Positions 17,346-26,370 of a stretch of 32,000 nucleotides of DNA are shown piece after piece. The DNA comes from Nitrosarchaeum sp. GTDB lineage: Archaea; Thermoproteota; Nitrososphaeria; Nitrososphaerales; Nitrosopumilaceae. Under the pieces are notes generated by a model, which ran no database searches, was not told the origin of the DNA, and was given only the letters and a program-made list of their open reading frames with translations. The translations under genes and the position numbers were made by a program. How positions within the stretch are numbered: the first letter of the stretch is position 1; every line of letters starts with the position of its first letter. Location: assembly GCA_003569705.1 (NCBI GenBank), contig BGOU01000010.1:173694-205693 (forward strand). Reading direction: 5' to 3'.

Positions 17346-17999
17346 TTGATAAGTAACTCATGGAATAAAACAGAAGGGGAAAGTATTTCTCAAAGAGTAA
17401 TGAGTCGAGTAAAGCCAGACATTCCATTAAAAACAAGAATCGAAGAGGCACAAAGAAAATTACAATTTCAAATTAGTAAATTAGAAGGAATTACAGAAAA
17501 ATTACAAAGTAAGCATGATGGTATTTTTGTGAAGGTGGTTAATGCTCAAAAATCACACAATAATGCATATGCTCAAGCATATGCAACCGAACTTGTTCAG
17601 GTCAGAAAGATGAAAAACATGGTAAGCGGAGCAAAACTAGCAATGGAGCAAATTCAATTAAGACTCAATACAGTATCTGAACTTGGAGATGTTGTAGTGA
17701 CACTTAGTCCATGCATGTCAATAATCAAGGGATTGAGTCCATCACTTAGTGGAATAATGGGAGAATCAACATCATCTATGCAAGATTTATCACAAATATT
17801 AGGCGATGTAATGATGGGCTCTTCAATGGAAGGAAGTAACTTGATGAGTACAGGAAGTGTTACCAATTCAGACACACTAGCAATTCTTGAAGAAGCACAT
17901 TCAGTAATTGCAGGACAAACAAAGTCATCAATACCAGATATTCCAGACAATCTAAAAAACGAGATTATTCAGAGAAGAACATCAGATGTTTTGATCTGA
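17346..17999 (+). CDS. cdvB: ESCRT-III (Snf7/Vps24-like) cell-division protein, CdvB family
   Basis: Helical-hairpin core typical of ESCRT-III (IEEAQRKLQFQISKLE...AQAYATELVQVRKMKNM...AKLAMEQIQLRLNTV), followed by a Ser/Met-rich acidic tail. Which CdvB paralog this is cannot be decided here. The start is TTG at 17346 or ATG at 17400. Confidence 0.7.
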   Translation: MISNSWNKTEGESISQRVMSRVKPDIPLKTRIEEAQRKLQFQISKLEGITEKLQSKHDGIFVKVVNAQKSHNNAYAQAYATELVQVRKMKNMVSGAKLAMEQIQLRLNTVSELGDVVVTLSPCMSIIKGLSPSLSGIMGESTSSMQDLSQILGDVMMGSSMEGSNLMSTGSVTNSDTLAILEEAHSVIAGQTKSSIPDIPDNLKNEIIQRRTSDVLI

Positions 18000-18016
18000 T
18001 TAATTAGAATCGAGTG

Positions 18017-18358
18017 TTATTTTATTTTCTTTTTACTTTTTTGAATTAAAATTTTTTTAATTCTAGATATTGTAGGATAACTGTATCCTCTACGACGGTA
18101 ATTGGCAATCATCATTTTCCAATTTTTTAATCTCCATTGAGCTTGTTCTGATGTAACAGAGTGAACTTCCTTTTGAATGAGGCTTTTCCTTCCAACTTTT
18201 AGTGTTCCAGCGTCTTTTGCAGACCATCGATTTTTGGCAAATTTCAGACCAGATAGTATATCATTAATTGGCATTTCTTTAAAATATTCTCGTAATTTTT
18301 TCAGTTCAACTTCAGTAGGTTGTTGCGATATTGGCAACTCAATTACAGGTTTTTGCAT
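18017..18358 (-). CDS. Hypothetical basic protein (113 aa)
   Basis: ATG ORF with a Lys-rich C-terminus. I recognise no family. The overlapping + strand ORF at 18177-18425 is judged to be a shadow ORF. Confidence 0.5.
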   Translation of the reverse strand: MQKPVIELPISQQPTEVELKKLREYFKEMPINDILSGLKFAKNRWSAKDAGTLKVGRKSLIQKEVHSVTSEQAQWRLKNWKMMIANYRRRGYSYPTISRIKKILIQKSKKKIK

Positions 18359-18452
18359 AATATTCGTTGGAACTAATAGTTTAAGAAATTCTCGCTGGAT
18401 CAGATTTAACCAAAACAGGAAATAAATGAAAAGGAATTACTATTGAAAGATA

Positions 18453-18575
18453 TTAGCAGTCAATGATTGCCAAGCTGGAATTTTTACAAATTTCCAGATA
18501 CATTGCGACTCCAAAAATTAGTACACCGAATACTATCAATGGGATTAGAATGAAAATTTTTGTCTTTAAACCCAT
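18453..18575 (-). CDS. Possible small single-pass membrane ORF (40 aa)
   Basis: MGLKTKIFILIPLIVFGVLIFGVAMYLEICK...: ATG start and one clear hydrophobic helix. Below the ORF-track cutoff. Confidence 0.3.
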   Translation of the reverse strand: MGLKTKIFILIPLIVFGVLIFGVAMYLEICKNSSLAIIDC

Positions 18576-18614
18576 ATGGCGTATTAAACATGGCCATATA
18601 AAATCGCCATAGAT

Positions 18615-19031
18615 TTAATCAATTATGATGGTAAACGTTCCGTGGGTTTTTGGATTTTGTAGCAATAAGATCATCTCTCTTGGGATAAGATCAGATGATT
18701 TATCGCATTTCACAGCCAATGTTCTAGGACATACAAAGTCACTTTTTCTAATTACGATATCTTCCAGATGAGTAAGAGTAAGATTTTCATGACCTCTGCC
18801 CTCAACATTAAATTCATGTTTATCTACTTTGATTGAAAATATCACTTTTGAATTGGGGTTTTGTAATTTTTTTTTTAATAAAGGTGGTAAATCAGCACAG
18901 CTTGCAGAGGCATTTACTCCAATAATACAATCACCGCTGGGAGTAAGATGAGACTCTTTTGTGATTTCAATTGTTTTCTGATGATTTGATCGGATATTTT
19001 CATGACCAGAAAATCGAATTTCAAATTCCAT
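18615..19031 (-). CDS. DUF371-family archaeal protein
   Basis: FSGHENIRSNHQKTIEITKESHLTPSGDCIIGV matches my recollection of the DUF371 signature (GH.NI.A.H.TT.EITKE..LT..GDCI.GV). ATG at 19031 (MEFEIRF) is preferred over 19049. Confidence 0.7.
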   Translation of the reverse strand: MEFEIRFSGHENIRSNHQKTIEITKESHLTPSGDCIIGVNASASCADLPPLLKKKLQNPNSKVIFSIKVDKHEFNVEGRGHENLTLTHLEDIVIRKSDFVCPRTLAVKCDKSSDLIPREMILLLQNPKTHGTFTIIID

Positions 19032-19163
19032 GGCAATATAGATAACCATATCAAATTAAACTTTCTTTGATTTTGAACAAAATTGAGCCTAATCTCTCAT
19101 CATGTGTAAATTTCAATAAAGGCAAGTAACGCTTTAATTAAACTTTCAAAGCATTGAAATCAA

Positions 19164-19901
19164 ATGCTTCCTGCACAACAAGGTTATGACAGAGCAATCA
19201 CTGTATTTTCACCAGATGGTAGACTATACCAAGTAGAATATGCCATTGAAACTGTAAGAAGAGGAACAATTGCAGTGGGAGTCAAAACTAAAGAAGGTAT
19301 TGTAATTGCAGTAGAAGAAAAACCAAGAAAATTGCAGATAACAGATGTAGCTCAAAAACTATTTCAAATCGATGATCATGTAGGAGTAGCTGCAGCAGGA
19401 TACATTCCAGATGCAAGAAGCCAAGTAGATAATGCGAGATTCTTTTCCCAAAGTAACAAGATGATTTATGATGAAGCCGTAGAAGTTGAAACAATTGCAA
19501 AACATTTAGCTGATCAATGTCAGCAGTTTACCCAGTATGCAGGAGTAAGACCTTTTGGAGTTGCATTGATTTTAGGCGGAGTTGTTAACAATAATGCTCA
19601 GCTTTACCTAACAGATCCAAGTGGAACTTACATCTCATATGATGCAATTGCAATTGGTTCAGGTTCAGATCAAGTAACTGATTTTCTAGAGAAAACATAC
19701 AAAAAAGAATTATCTTTAGAGGAGGCATCAGTATTAGCATCTGCAGGGATTTATCTATCAAGTGATGATAAAGAAGGAACAAGTCACATCAGAATGGCAC
19801 AAATCAAATCAAAAACAGGTTTATTTGAACTAGTATCAGATGACCAAATAGCAAAATATGCAAAAACTGCTAAAGAAAAATATCCTCACGAAAAGAAATA
19901 A
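19164..19901 (+). CDS. psmA: Proteasome subunit alpha
   Basis: YDRAITVFSPDGRLYQVEYA is the alpha-subunit N-terminal signature. Ntn-hydrolase fold length (245 aa). Confidence 0.95.
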   Translation: MLPAQQGYDRAITVFSPDGRLYQVEYAIETVRRGTIAVGVKTKEGIVIAVEEKPRKLQITDVAQKLFQIDDHVGVAAAGYIPDARSQVDNARFFSQSNKMIYDEAVEVETIAKHLADQCQQFTQYAGVRPFGVALILGGVVNNNAQLYLTDPSGTYISYDAIAIGSGSDQVTDFLEKTYKKELSLEEASVLASAGIYLSSDDKEGTSHIRMAQIKSKTGLFELVSDDQIAKYAKTAKEKYPHEKK

Positions 19902-19930
19902 CATATTACAGCATGTGTGATTGAATTACT

Positions 19931-20743
19931 TTGAAAATATCTATCGCAATTCCAGAATCAGCACTGTCTGATGAATCCTTAAAACTTGACAAAACTAGAA
20001 AAATATCTGTTCTCGCTCGAGCATGTGCAATTTTTAAAATAGATACAATTTATGTTTATCAAGAAGGAAACTACAAAGAAGACGGAAATTTACTTGTAAC
20101 CATTTTAAAATATTTAGAAACACCTCAATTTTTACGAAGAAGGCTTTTTCCAAAAATGAATGAATTAAAGTTTGCAGGTGTTTTACTGCCATTAAAAATT
20201 CCTAGTCACTCAACTCCAGCAAATCCTAAAAAAATAAACACAGGAGATGTAAGAGAAGGGGTTGTAGTAAGCATCAAAGGTAAACGATTCGTAGATGTTG
20301 GAATTAATGAGTTCATACCATTTTTTGGAAAAGAAAATGTAGGTAAAAGAGTAACTGTTCAATTTAAAACAGGATATCCTGATTTTTCAGTTAAAGAAAT
20401 TCAAAGAAGTGAAGCTCCAGCATATTGGGGATTTGCAGTAAAAGAAAGAGCTAGTCTGTTTTCATTATTAACTGAATGGCAAGGAAATACAATCATCACA
20501 TCAAAGAAAGGAAGGACTGCCACAAAAGAACAATTGGCAAAATATCTAAGTTCAGACATTCCAATTTTAGTAGTTTTTGGTTCACCCGAAAAAGGAGTAC
20601 ATGAAATACTTGGTGGGAAAATGAAAAATATTCAAAATGCTAAAATATTAAACTTTTTTCCAAATCAAGCAACTGAAACAGTCCGTTTAGATGAAGCACT
20701 TCTAGGAACATTATCAATAATTAACGCATACAAAATAAATTAA
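19931..20743 (+). CDS. Putative SPOUT-class RNA methyltransferase (DUF171/PF02598-like)
   Basis: ISIAIPESALSDESLKLDKTRKISVLARACAIFKIDTIYVY at the N-terminus and TVRLDEALLGTLSI at the C-terminus fit the family pattern as I recall it. TTG start. Confidence 0.7.
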   Translation: MKISIAIPESALSDESLKLDKTRKISVLARACAIFKIDTIYVYQEGNYKEDGNLLVTILKYLETPQFLRRRLFPKMNELKFAGVLLPLKIPSHSTPANPKKINTGDVREGVVVSIKGKRFVDVGINEFIPFFGKENVGKRVTVQFKTGYPDFSVKEIQRSEAPAYWGFAVKERASLFSLLTEWQGNTIITSKKGRTATKEQLAKYLSSDIPILVVFGSPEKGVHEILGGKMKNIQNAKILNFFPNQATETVRLDEALLGTLSIINAYKIN

Positions 20744-20752
20744 AACAAAAAC

Positions 20753-20863
20753 ATGGCTGAAAAAAGAAATTTCTTAATTTTAGCAATTGGGTTGGGAGTA
20801 GTAGGAATAATCATTGGCGGAATAACTATTTGGAATTTTGTGAATAATTGGATAGGTCCATGA
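20753..20863 (+). CDS. Possible small single-pass membrane ORF (36 aa)
   Basis: MAEKRNFLILAIGLGVVGIIIGGITIWNFVNNWIGP*. ATG start 10 nt after the preceding gene. Confidence 0.3.
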   Translation: MAEKRNFLILAIGLGVVGIIIGGITIWNFVNNWIGP

Positions 20864-20879
20864 TTATAATTAAAATAGT

Positions 20880-20911
20880 TCGTTAACCCAGAAATTTTAA
20901 CGGGTTAACGA
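20880..20911 (+). promoter_or_regulatory. 10-bp perfect inverted repeat in the leader/promoter region of the ribosomal-protein operon
   Basis: tcgttaaccc (20880-20889) pairs with gggttaacga (20902-20911). The 12-nt spacer, agaaattttaac, is itself TATA-like. The element sits 48 nt upstream of the uL3 ATG. Confidence 0.4.
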
Positions 20912-20958
20912 TATCTCACATGGTTTATTAGACGGTTGAAGACGATTTCGATTTATCC

Positions 20959-21951
20959 ATGGGTCATAGAAAATACGAGCAACCACGTAGAGGCAGTGCT
21001 GCATACTATCCAAGAGGACGTGCCAAAAGCATGGAAGCAAGAATCAGAACATGGCCAAAAAACGATTCAGATGAGCCAAAAATTTTAGCACATTGTGGTT
21101 TCAAAGCAGGATGTGTCCAAATAGTGACTATAGATGATCGTGAAAAGACTCCAAACGCAGGAAAACAACTTGTAAGTCTTGGAACAGTTTTAGTTACTCC
21201 ACCAGTTTCAATATTAGGAATTAGAGGTTATTCAAAAGATCATTATGGATTACATGCAGAATTTGATGTATATGCAAATGAATTTCCAAAAAGTATCTCA
21301 AAAGAAATTAATTTAAAAAATAAAGAAGGGGCAGTTGAAAATGCAGAAAAAATACTTGGCAGAGTTAAAGAAATTTTTGCAATAGTTGCAGTATCACCAC
21401 GTGCTGCAGGATTAGAACAGAAAAAGCCATACATTTTTGAAGCGTTAGTTAGTGGTGGAGATGTAAAAAAACAATTCGCACATGTTAAAGAATTATTAGG
21501 AAAAGAAATTAAAATTGATCAGATTTTTGAAATAGGTGCAACTATAGATGTTGCAGCAATTACAAAAGGTAAGGGTTGGCAAGGAGTCATACAAAGATTC
21601 GGAGTCAAGAAAAAACAACACAAATCAAGAAAGACAGTGAGAGAAGTTGCATCATTAGGTCCAATTTCACCATCAAACGTAATGTATTCAGTTCCAAGAG
21701 CAGGTCAGATGGGATTCCATCAAAGAACAGAATACGATAAAAGAATCATGGTAATGGGCAATACAGAAAATAATCAAATGAAAATAAACCCAGCTGGTGG
21801 ATACAAACATTTTGGTTTAGTAAAAGGAGATTTCATCATTCTAAAAGGTTCAGTACCAGGGACATACAGAAGATTAATCAAACTAAGAAGTCAAATTAGA
21901 AACGCACCAGTAAAAATCACCAAGCCAAATGTTTTAGAGGTAGTAATATGA
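20959..21951 (+). CDS. rpl3: Ribosomal protein uL3
   Basis: MGHRKYEQPRRGSAAYYPRGRA... is the archaeal L3 N-terminus. First gene of the conserved cluster. Confidence 0.95.
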   Translation: MGHRKYEQPRRGSAAYYPRGRAKSMEARIRTWPKNDSDEPKILAHCGFKAGCVQIVTIDDREKTPNAGKQLVSLGTVLVTPPVSILGIRGYSKDHYGLHAEFDVYANEFPKSISKEINLKNKEGAVENAEKILGRVKEIFAIVAVSPRAAGLEQKKPYIFEALVSGGDVKKQFAHVKELLGKEIKIDQIFEIGATIDVAAITKGKGWQGVIQRFGVKKKQHKSRKTVREVASLGPISPSNVMYSVPRAGQMGFHQRTEYDKRIMVMGNTENNQMKINPAGGYKHFGLVKGDFIILKGSVPGTYRRLIKLRSQIRNAPVKITKPNVLEVVI

Positions 21952-22763
21952 TGAAAACAACCGCATTAACAATAACAGGTACTAAAGATGGTGAAGTGGA
22001 ATTACCATTAATATTTTCAACTCCATTTAGAGCAGAATTAATTCATAAAGCATTCACAAATCTAACTTCTCATAAATTCCAAAGACAAGGAAGACATCCA
22101 ACCGCAGGTATGGATGTTGTAGCAAGATCAAATGATCCACCAACAGGACAGCATACAGCACGTATTGCAAAAATGAAAGGTGGTGGTGGTGGAAGACAGG
22201 GTCAAGCAGGTGGTGTTGCATCAGTAAGAGGCGGAAGACAAGCTCATCCTCCAAATGTAGACAGGGTAATTTTCAAGAAATTAAATAAAAAAGAAAACAA
22301 ACTGGCACTGTGTTCTGCAATTGCTGCAACTGCATCAAAAGATTTGGTACAGTCAAGAGGTCATAAAGTAGAAGGCATAGAATCATTTCCAATCATAGTA
22401 TCAAATGACATAGAATCTATTTCAAAAGCAAGTCAAATTTCCAAAATACTAGATGATCTAAAACTAATGAAAGATGTCGAAAGATTACAAGCGAGAAAAC
22501 CACGTACAGGAAAAGCTTCACTTAGAGGAAGAAGTAAAAAAGTGGGCAAGAGCGTATTGTTTGTTATAAAAGATTCATCAAAATTAAGCAAAGCATGTGG
22601 AGCACTACCAGGGGTAGAAGCAAGAGCAGTTAAAGACTTGAGTGTGTTAGATCTAGCACCTGGTTCTGATCCTATCAGATTAACAGTGTATTCAAAAGCA
22701 GCAATAGAAGAAATTGCAAAAATAAAATCAACACATCTAGAGTTAATGGTGAAAACAAGATGA
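21948..22763 (+). CDS. rpl4: Ribosomal protein uL4
   Basis: Gly-rich loop KGGGGGRQGQAGGVASVRGGRQAHPP, typical of archaeal L4/L1e. ATGA overlap with uL3. Confidence 0.93.
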   Translation: MMKTTALTITGTKDGEVELPLIFSTPFRAELIHKAFTNLTSHKFQRQGRHPTAGMDVVARSNDPPTGQHTARIAKMKGGGGGRQGQAGGVASVRGGRQAHPPNVDRVIFKKLNKKENKLALCSAIAATASKDLVQSRGHKVEGIESFPIIVSNDIESISKASQISKILDDLKLMKDVERLQARKPRTGKASLRGRSKKVGKSVLFVIKDSSKLSKACGALPGVEARAVKDLSVLDLAPGSDPIRLTVYSKAAIEEIAKIKSTHLELMVKTR

Positions 22764-23026
22764 ATGTAGAACAAGCAAGTAAAATCATTTTGAAACCATA
22801 TATCACTGAAAAAACATTTGCCATGATTGAAAATGAAAGTAAAATTTGTTTTATTGTAGATAGATCAGCAAGTAAACCACAGATAATAGAAGCAGTAGTT
22901 ACATTGTACAATCAAAAAGTTACCAATGTAAATACAGCAAGAACAATTTACGGAAAGAAAGCATTTGTCCAATTTGAAACTACAGAAAAAGCCAGAGATT
23001 TAGCCACAAAGATAGGAATGCTATAA
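22760..23026 (+). CDS. rpl23: Ribosomal protein uL23
   Basis: ILKPYITEKTFAMIE...FIVD...K..I..AV. 88 aa, in the conserved operon position. Confidence 0.92.
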   Translation: MNVEQASKIILKPYITEKTFAMIENESKICFIVDRSASKPQIIEAVVTLYNQKVTNVNTARTIYGKKAFVQFETTEKARDLATKIGML

Positions 23027-23070
23027 TATGGACAATAAAACTTCATCAGTACTAACAGAGGAGAAATAAG

Positions 23071-23466
23071 ATGGTCAAAGAATTTCTATATCGTGGATTG
23101 CAAAAAGAAGAGCTGGACAACATGTCGTTAGAGAAATTATTCAAAATATTTAATTCAAGACAAAGACGATCACTTACCAGAGGAATTACAGACGATAAGA
23201 GAAAGTTGATTGAAGAGATAAAATCTGCAAAAGCAGGAAAACTAAAGAATCCCATCAAAACTCATTCTAGAGATTTAATTGTTCTACCATACATGGTAGG
23301 CGTTGCAGTCAATGTTTTCTCAGGAAAGGAATTCACTCCAGTTCTAATAAAGACTGAAATGATTGGACATTATCTGGGAGAATATGTAATTACAAACAAA
23401 AGAGTCTCACATGGTGCACCAGGCGTTGGAGCATCAAGATCCAGTCTCTATGTACCACTAAAGTGA
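23071..23466 (+). CDS. rps19: Ribosomal protein uS19
   Basis: ...GKEFTPVLIKTEMIGHYLGEYVITNKRVSHGAPGVGASRSS. It follows uL23 directly, with no uL2 gene in between. Confidence 0.93.
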   Translation: MVKEFLYRGLQKEELDNMSLEKLFKIFNSRQRRSLTRGITDDKRKLIEEIKSAKAGKLKNPIKTHSRDLIVLPYMVGVAVNVFSGKEFTPVLIKTEMIGHYLGEYVITNKRVSHGAPGVGASRSSLYVPLK

Positions 23467-23930
23467 TTGATATGGGCAGATTCAAATACGCATTTCAAAA
23501 TTTTGACGCAACAAAGCATGTTCGTTCTTCACTAAGAGAAAAAGACATCTCACACAAACATGCTCGTGAAGTAGCTGTTGCAATAAAAGGACTTTCGATT
23601 GAAAAAGCACGTGATTACTTGCAAGCAGTAATCAACAAAGAAAGAGCAATTGCATTTAGAAGATTCAATAATCAAGTTGGACACAGATCAGATCCTGGAA
23701 TGATGTCAGGACGATATCCACAAAAAACAGTTAAAGAATTCATCAAGGTGTTGGACAACTTGGAATCAAATGCAGAATACAAAGGAATGGATTTAGATAG
23801 ATTAAGAATTGTAAATGCCACAGTTCACAAAGGAACTATTGTGAAAAGATTTATTCCAAGAGCAATGGGAAGAGCCACTCCAAAAAATAATGTGCTGACA
23901 CATGTAGAATTGGTGGCACAGGAGATATAA
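23463..23930 (+). CDS. rpl22: Ribosomal protein uL22
   Basis: [27 protein letters not shown]... The start is either GTG at 23463 (GTGA overlap with the uS19 stop) or ATG at 23472. Confidence 0.92.
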   Translation: MIDMGRFKYAFQNFDATKHVRSSLREKDISHKHAREVAVAIKGLSIEKARDYLQAVINKERAIAFRRFNNQVGHRSDPGMMSGRYPQKTVKEFIKVLDNLESNAEYKGMDLDRLRIVNATVHKGTIVKRFIPRAMGRATPKNNVLTHVELVAQEI

Positions 23931-23931
23931 C

Positions 23932-24687
23932 ATGTCAGCAGTAAAAAATGTAATCAAAGATAATTACAACATGATGCTTCTCAAAGATTATCTAAGAGTT
24001 GCAATCAAAGATGCAGGATTTTCACATGCAGAGATTTCAAAAACACCAATGGGAACAAGAGTTGTACTTCATGTAACACGACCAGGCATAGTCATTGGAA
24101 GAAAAGGTTCTGGAATTAGAGAACTGACAGAGAAACTTGCAACAGATTTTAAATTAAAAAATCCACAGATAGCAGTAGAAGAAATTGCCAAGCCAGAACT
24201 TTCACCAAGTGTAATGTGTAATAGAATGGCATCCCACTTAGAACGTGGTACAGCATTTAGAAGAGCTACAATGTGGACATTAAAACAAATCATGGAAAAC
24301 GGTGCAATGGGTGTTCAAATAACAATTTCAGGAAAATTACGAGGAGATCGTTCTGCATTTGAAAAACACACTGCAGGAATTCTACCAAGAGCAGGACATC
24401 ATGCAGAGGTAATTGTGGATGAAGACATTGTACATGTAAGAACTGCCATGGGGTTAATTGGAATTAGAATAAGAATTGCAATAAATGAAAAAAATATTCC
24501 AGAATTTGAATTAAAAACTCAAAAACCAAAGAAAGCAAAGCAAGTCAAAGATACAGACAGTGGAAAGATGAGAGATGAAACAGAGGTAGAACGTAAAGCA
24601 AGAACAGAATCTGAACAAATTGCGATAGAAGAAGAAAAAATGAAAGAACTTGAAACACTAGAAGAAGAGGAGGCTAAATTACTGTAA
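23932..24687 (+). CDS. rps3: Ribosomal protein uS3, with a charged C-terminal extension
   Basis: KH domain ([18 protein letters not shown]) and the S3 C-domain. The last ~55 aa are a Lys/Glu-rich tail. Confidence 0.93.
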   Translation: MSAVKNVIKDNYNMMLLKDYLRVAIKDAGFSHAEISKTPMGTRVVLHVTRPGIVIGRKGSGIRELTEKLATDFKLKNPQIAVEEIAKPELSPSVMCNRMASHLERGTAFRRATMWTLKQIMENGAMGVQITISGKLRGDRSAFEKHTAGILPRAGHHAEVIVDEDIVHVRTAMGLIGIRIRIAINEKNIPEFELKTQKPKKAKQVKDTDSGKMRDETEVERKARTESEQIAIEEEKMKELETLEEEEAKLL

Positions 24688-24890
24688 TGACCCGATTAAC
24701 TATGAAAACAATAAGAGAATTAAATGAAAAAGATCTCAAAAGTAAAATTCAAGAAACACGAAGTGAACTTGCAAAATTAAGAGTAGATGGTTCAAAAGGC
24801 ACATTAAGAAAAGAAAGTGGAAAGCTAAAACCACTCAGACATGATATTGCAAGAATGATGACCAGATTAAACGAGACGAAAACAAAATGA
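24687..24890 (+). CDS. rpl29: Ribosomal protein uL29
   Basis: IRELNEKDLKSKIQETRSELAKLR. 67 aa, in the conserved position. Confidence 0.9.
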   Translation: MTRLTMKTIRELNEKDLKSKIQETRSELAKLRVDGSKGTLRKESGKLKPLRHDIARMMTRLNETKTK

Positions 24891-25153
24891 TTACAGCAGA
24901 AAACATCACATCACATGAATTAATTGGATTACGCACGGAGATTGTAGAGTCATCAAATTCACAAATCATAGGATTAAATGGAACGATAACAGACGAAACA
25001 AAATCAATGATCATCATAAACACCGCAAATGGAACTAAAATGATTGCAAAATCAAATAATAGTTGGAAGTTCTCAGTAGATAACAAAGATGTAATTTTAG
25101 ACGGTTCAAAAATTGCAAAAAGATCATTTGATAGAATAGGAGGAAAAGCATGA
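24887..25153 (+). CDS. rnp1: RNase P protein component 1 (Rpp29/Pop4)
   Basis: HELIGLRTEIVESSNSQIIGLNGTITDETKSMIII.T..G.K...K matches the archaeal Rpp29 pattern. It sits in the canonical position between uL29 and uS17. Confidence 0.85.
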   Translation: MITAENITSHELIGLRTEIVESSNSQIIGLNGTITDETKSMIIINTANGTKMIAKSNNSWKFSVDNKDVILDGSKIAKRSFDRIGGKA

Positions 25154-25473
25154 CACTAAACATTGGATTGAAAGTAAAAGCACCAAGCAGAGAATGCACT
25201 GATGAACACTGTCCATTCCATGGTAAATTATCAATAAGAGGAAAATTATTTGATGGTAAAGTTACAAGCAATAAAGCAAAGCAAACAATTACCCTACAAA
25301 AAGAATCGCCAATTTACTATATAAAATTCAAAAGATACGCAAGAAGTAAAAACACAATTCATGCTCATGTACCTGAATGTATGGATGTTGAAACAGGTAA
25401 TCATGTATTAACTGCAGAATGCAGACCAATATCAAAATCAGTATCATATGTTGTTGTTGAGGTTAAAGCATAA
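25150..25473 (+). CDS. rps17: Ribosomal protein uS17
   Basis: C.DEHCPFHGKLSIRGKLF.GKV is the archaeal S17 N-terminus. ATGA overlap with the upstream gene. Confidence 0.92.
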   Translation: MTLNIGLKVKAPSRECTDEHCPFHGKLSIRGKLFDGKVTSNKAKQTITLQKESPIYYIKFKRYARSKNTIHAHVPECMDVETGNHVLTAECRPISKSVSYVVVEVKA

Positions 25474-25895
25474 TGGCAAAACAAGCAGGAAAAGGAGTAG
25501 CAGAATTTCGTCCTTATGTCACAAGAGCAATTCCTATTGGTGCACGAGTAGTATGTGCAGATAATACTGGTGCAAAAATTTTAGAAATAGTAATGGTGCA
25601 AAGACACAAAACCAGACATGCACAATTAGCAGCTGGTGCAGTTGGAGATTTTTGTAATGTTGTTGTAAAAAAAGGCCCAGCTGAATTAAGAAAACAAGTG
25701 TATGGCGCAGTGATAATTAGACAAAAATATGCAGTTCGTAGATTAAACGGTGTAAGAGTGTGCTTTGAAGACAATGCAGCAGTTTTGATAACTCCAGAGG
25801 GAGAAGTCAAAGGAACTGACATCAAAGGACCAGTTGCAGCAGAAGCTTCAGAAAAATGGCCAAGAATAGCTAACTTGGCATCAATGGTGGTATAA
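25473..25895 (+). CDS. rpl14: Ribosomal protein uL14
   Basis: [21 protein letters not shown]...AVIIRQK. 140 aa. Confidence 0.95.
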   Translation: MAKQAGKGVAEFRPYVTRAIPIGARVVCADNTGAKILEIVMVQRHKTRHAQLAAGAVGDFCNVVVKKGPAELRKQVYGAVIIRQKYAVRRLNGVRVCFEDNAAVLITPEGEVKGTDIKGPVAAEASEKWPRIANLASMVV

Positions 25896-25896
25896 A

Positions 25897-26370
25897 ATGA
25901 AACCAACAAAAATGCGCAATAAGTTGATTTATCGTGCAACATTCCATACAAGAAGTAAACAATTAGGTAGCCAGTTATCAGATGATCTTCGTAAAAAATA
26001 TGGTAAAAAAAGTGTAAGAGTTATCGAAGGAGATAGCATAAAAATTGTAAGAGGCGAATTCAAAGGAGTTGACGGTAAGATATCCAAAGTGTTAACAAAG
26101 AAAAGCAGTGTTGCAGTAGAAGGTGTAAAAAAAGAAAAAACAAAAGGAGATAAATTTGATGTCTATATTCATACCTCAAATCTTCTAGTTACAGGTTTAA
26201 ACACAGAAGACAAATGGAGAATTGCAAAATTAGAAGGAAAAAAACCAAGTGAAAAGCCAAAAGTAATCATAGAAAAACCAAAAGCAGTAATAGAAAAAAC
26301 ACCAAAGAAAGAAAACATAACTAAAGAAACAAAAGTAACAAAGACTCAAAAAAAGGAAGTTGAAAAATAA
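25897..26370 (+). CDS. rpl24: Ribosomal protein uL24, with a Lys-rich C-terminal extension
   Basis: KOW motif [26 protein letters not shown]. The last ~45 aa are a Lys/Glu/Pro-rich tail with an internal [16 protein letters not shown] repeat. Confidence 0.92.
   Translation: MKPTKMRNKLIYRATFHTRSKQLGSQLSDDLRKKYGKKSVRVIEGDSIKIVRGEFKGVDGKISKVLTKKSSVAVEGVKKEKTKGDKFDVYIHTSNLLVTGLNTEDKWRIAKLEGKKPSEKPKVIIEKPKAVIEKTPKKENITKETKVTKTQKKEVEK

Noticed and set aside
22433-22911. Two - strand ORFs (113 aa and 78 aa)
   Set aside because: They are antisense to uL4 and uL23 inside a tightly coupled operon. There are no protein-like features, so they are shadow ORFs.
25514-25951. 145-aa ORF on the - strand
   Set aside because: It is entirely antisense to the well-supported uL14 gene. 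Its sequence is low-complexity (Ala/Thr/Leu-rich), typical of a shadow frame.
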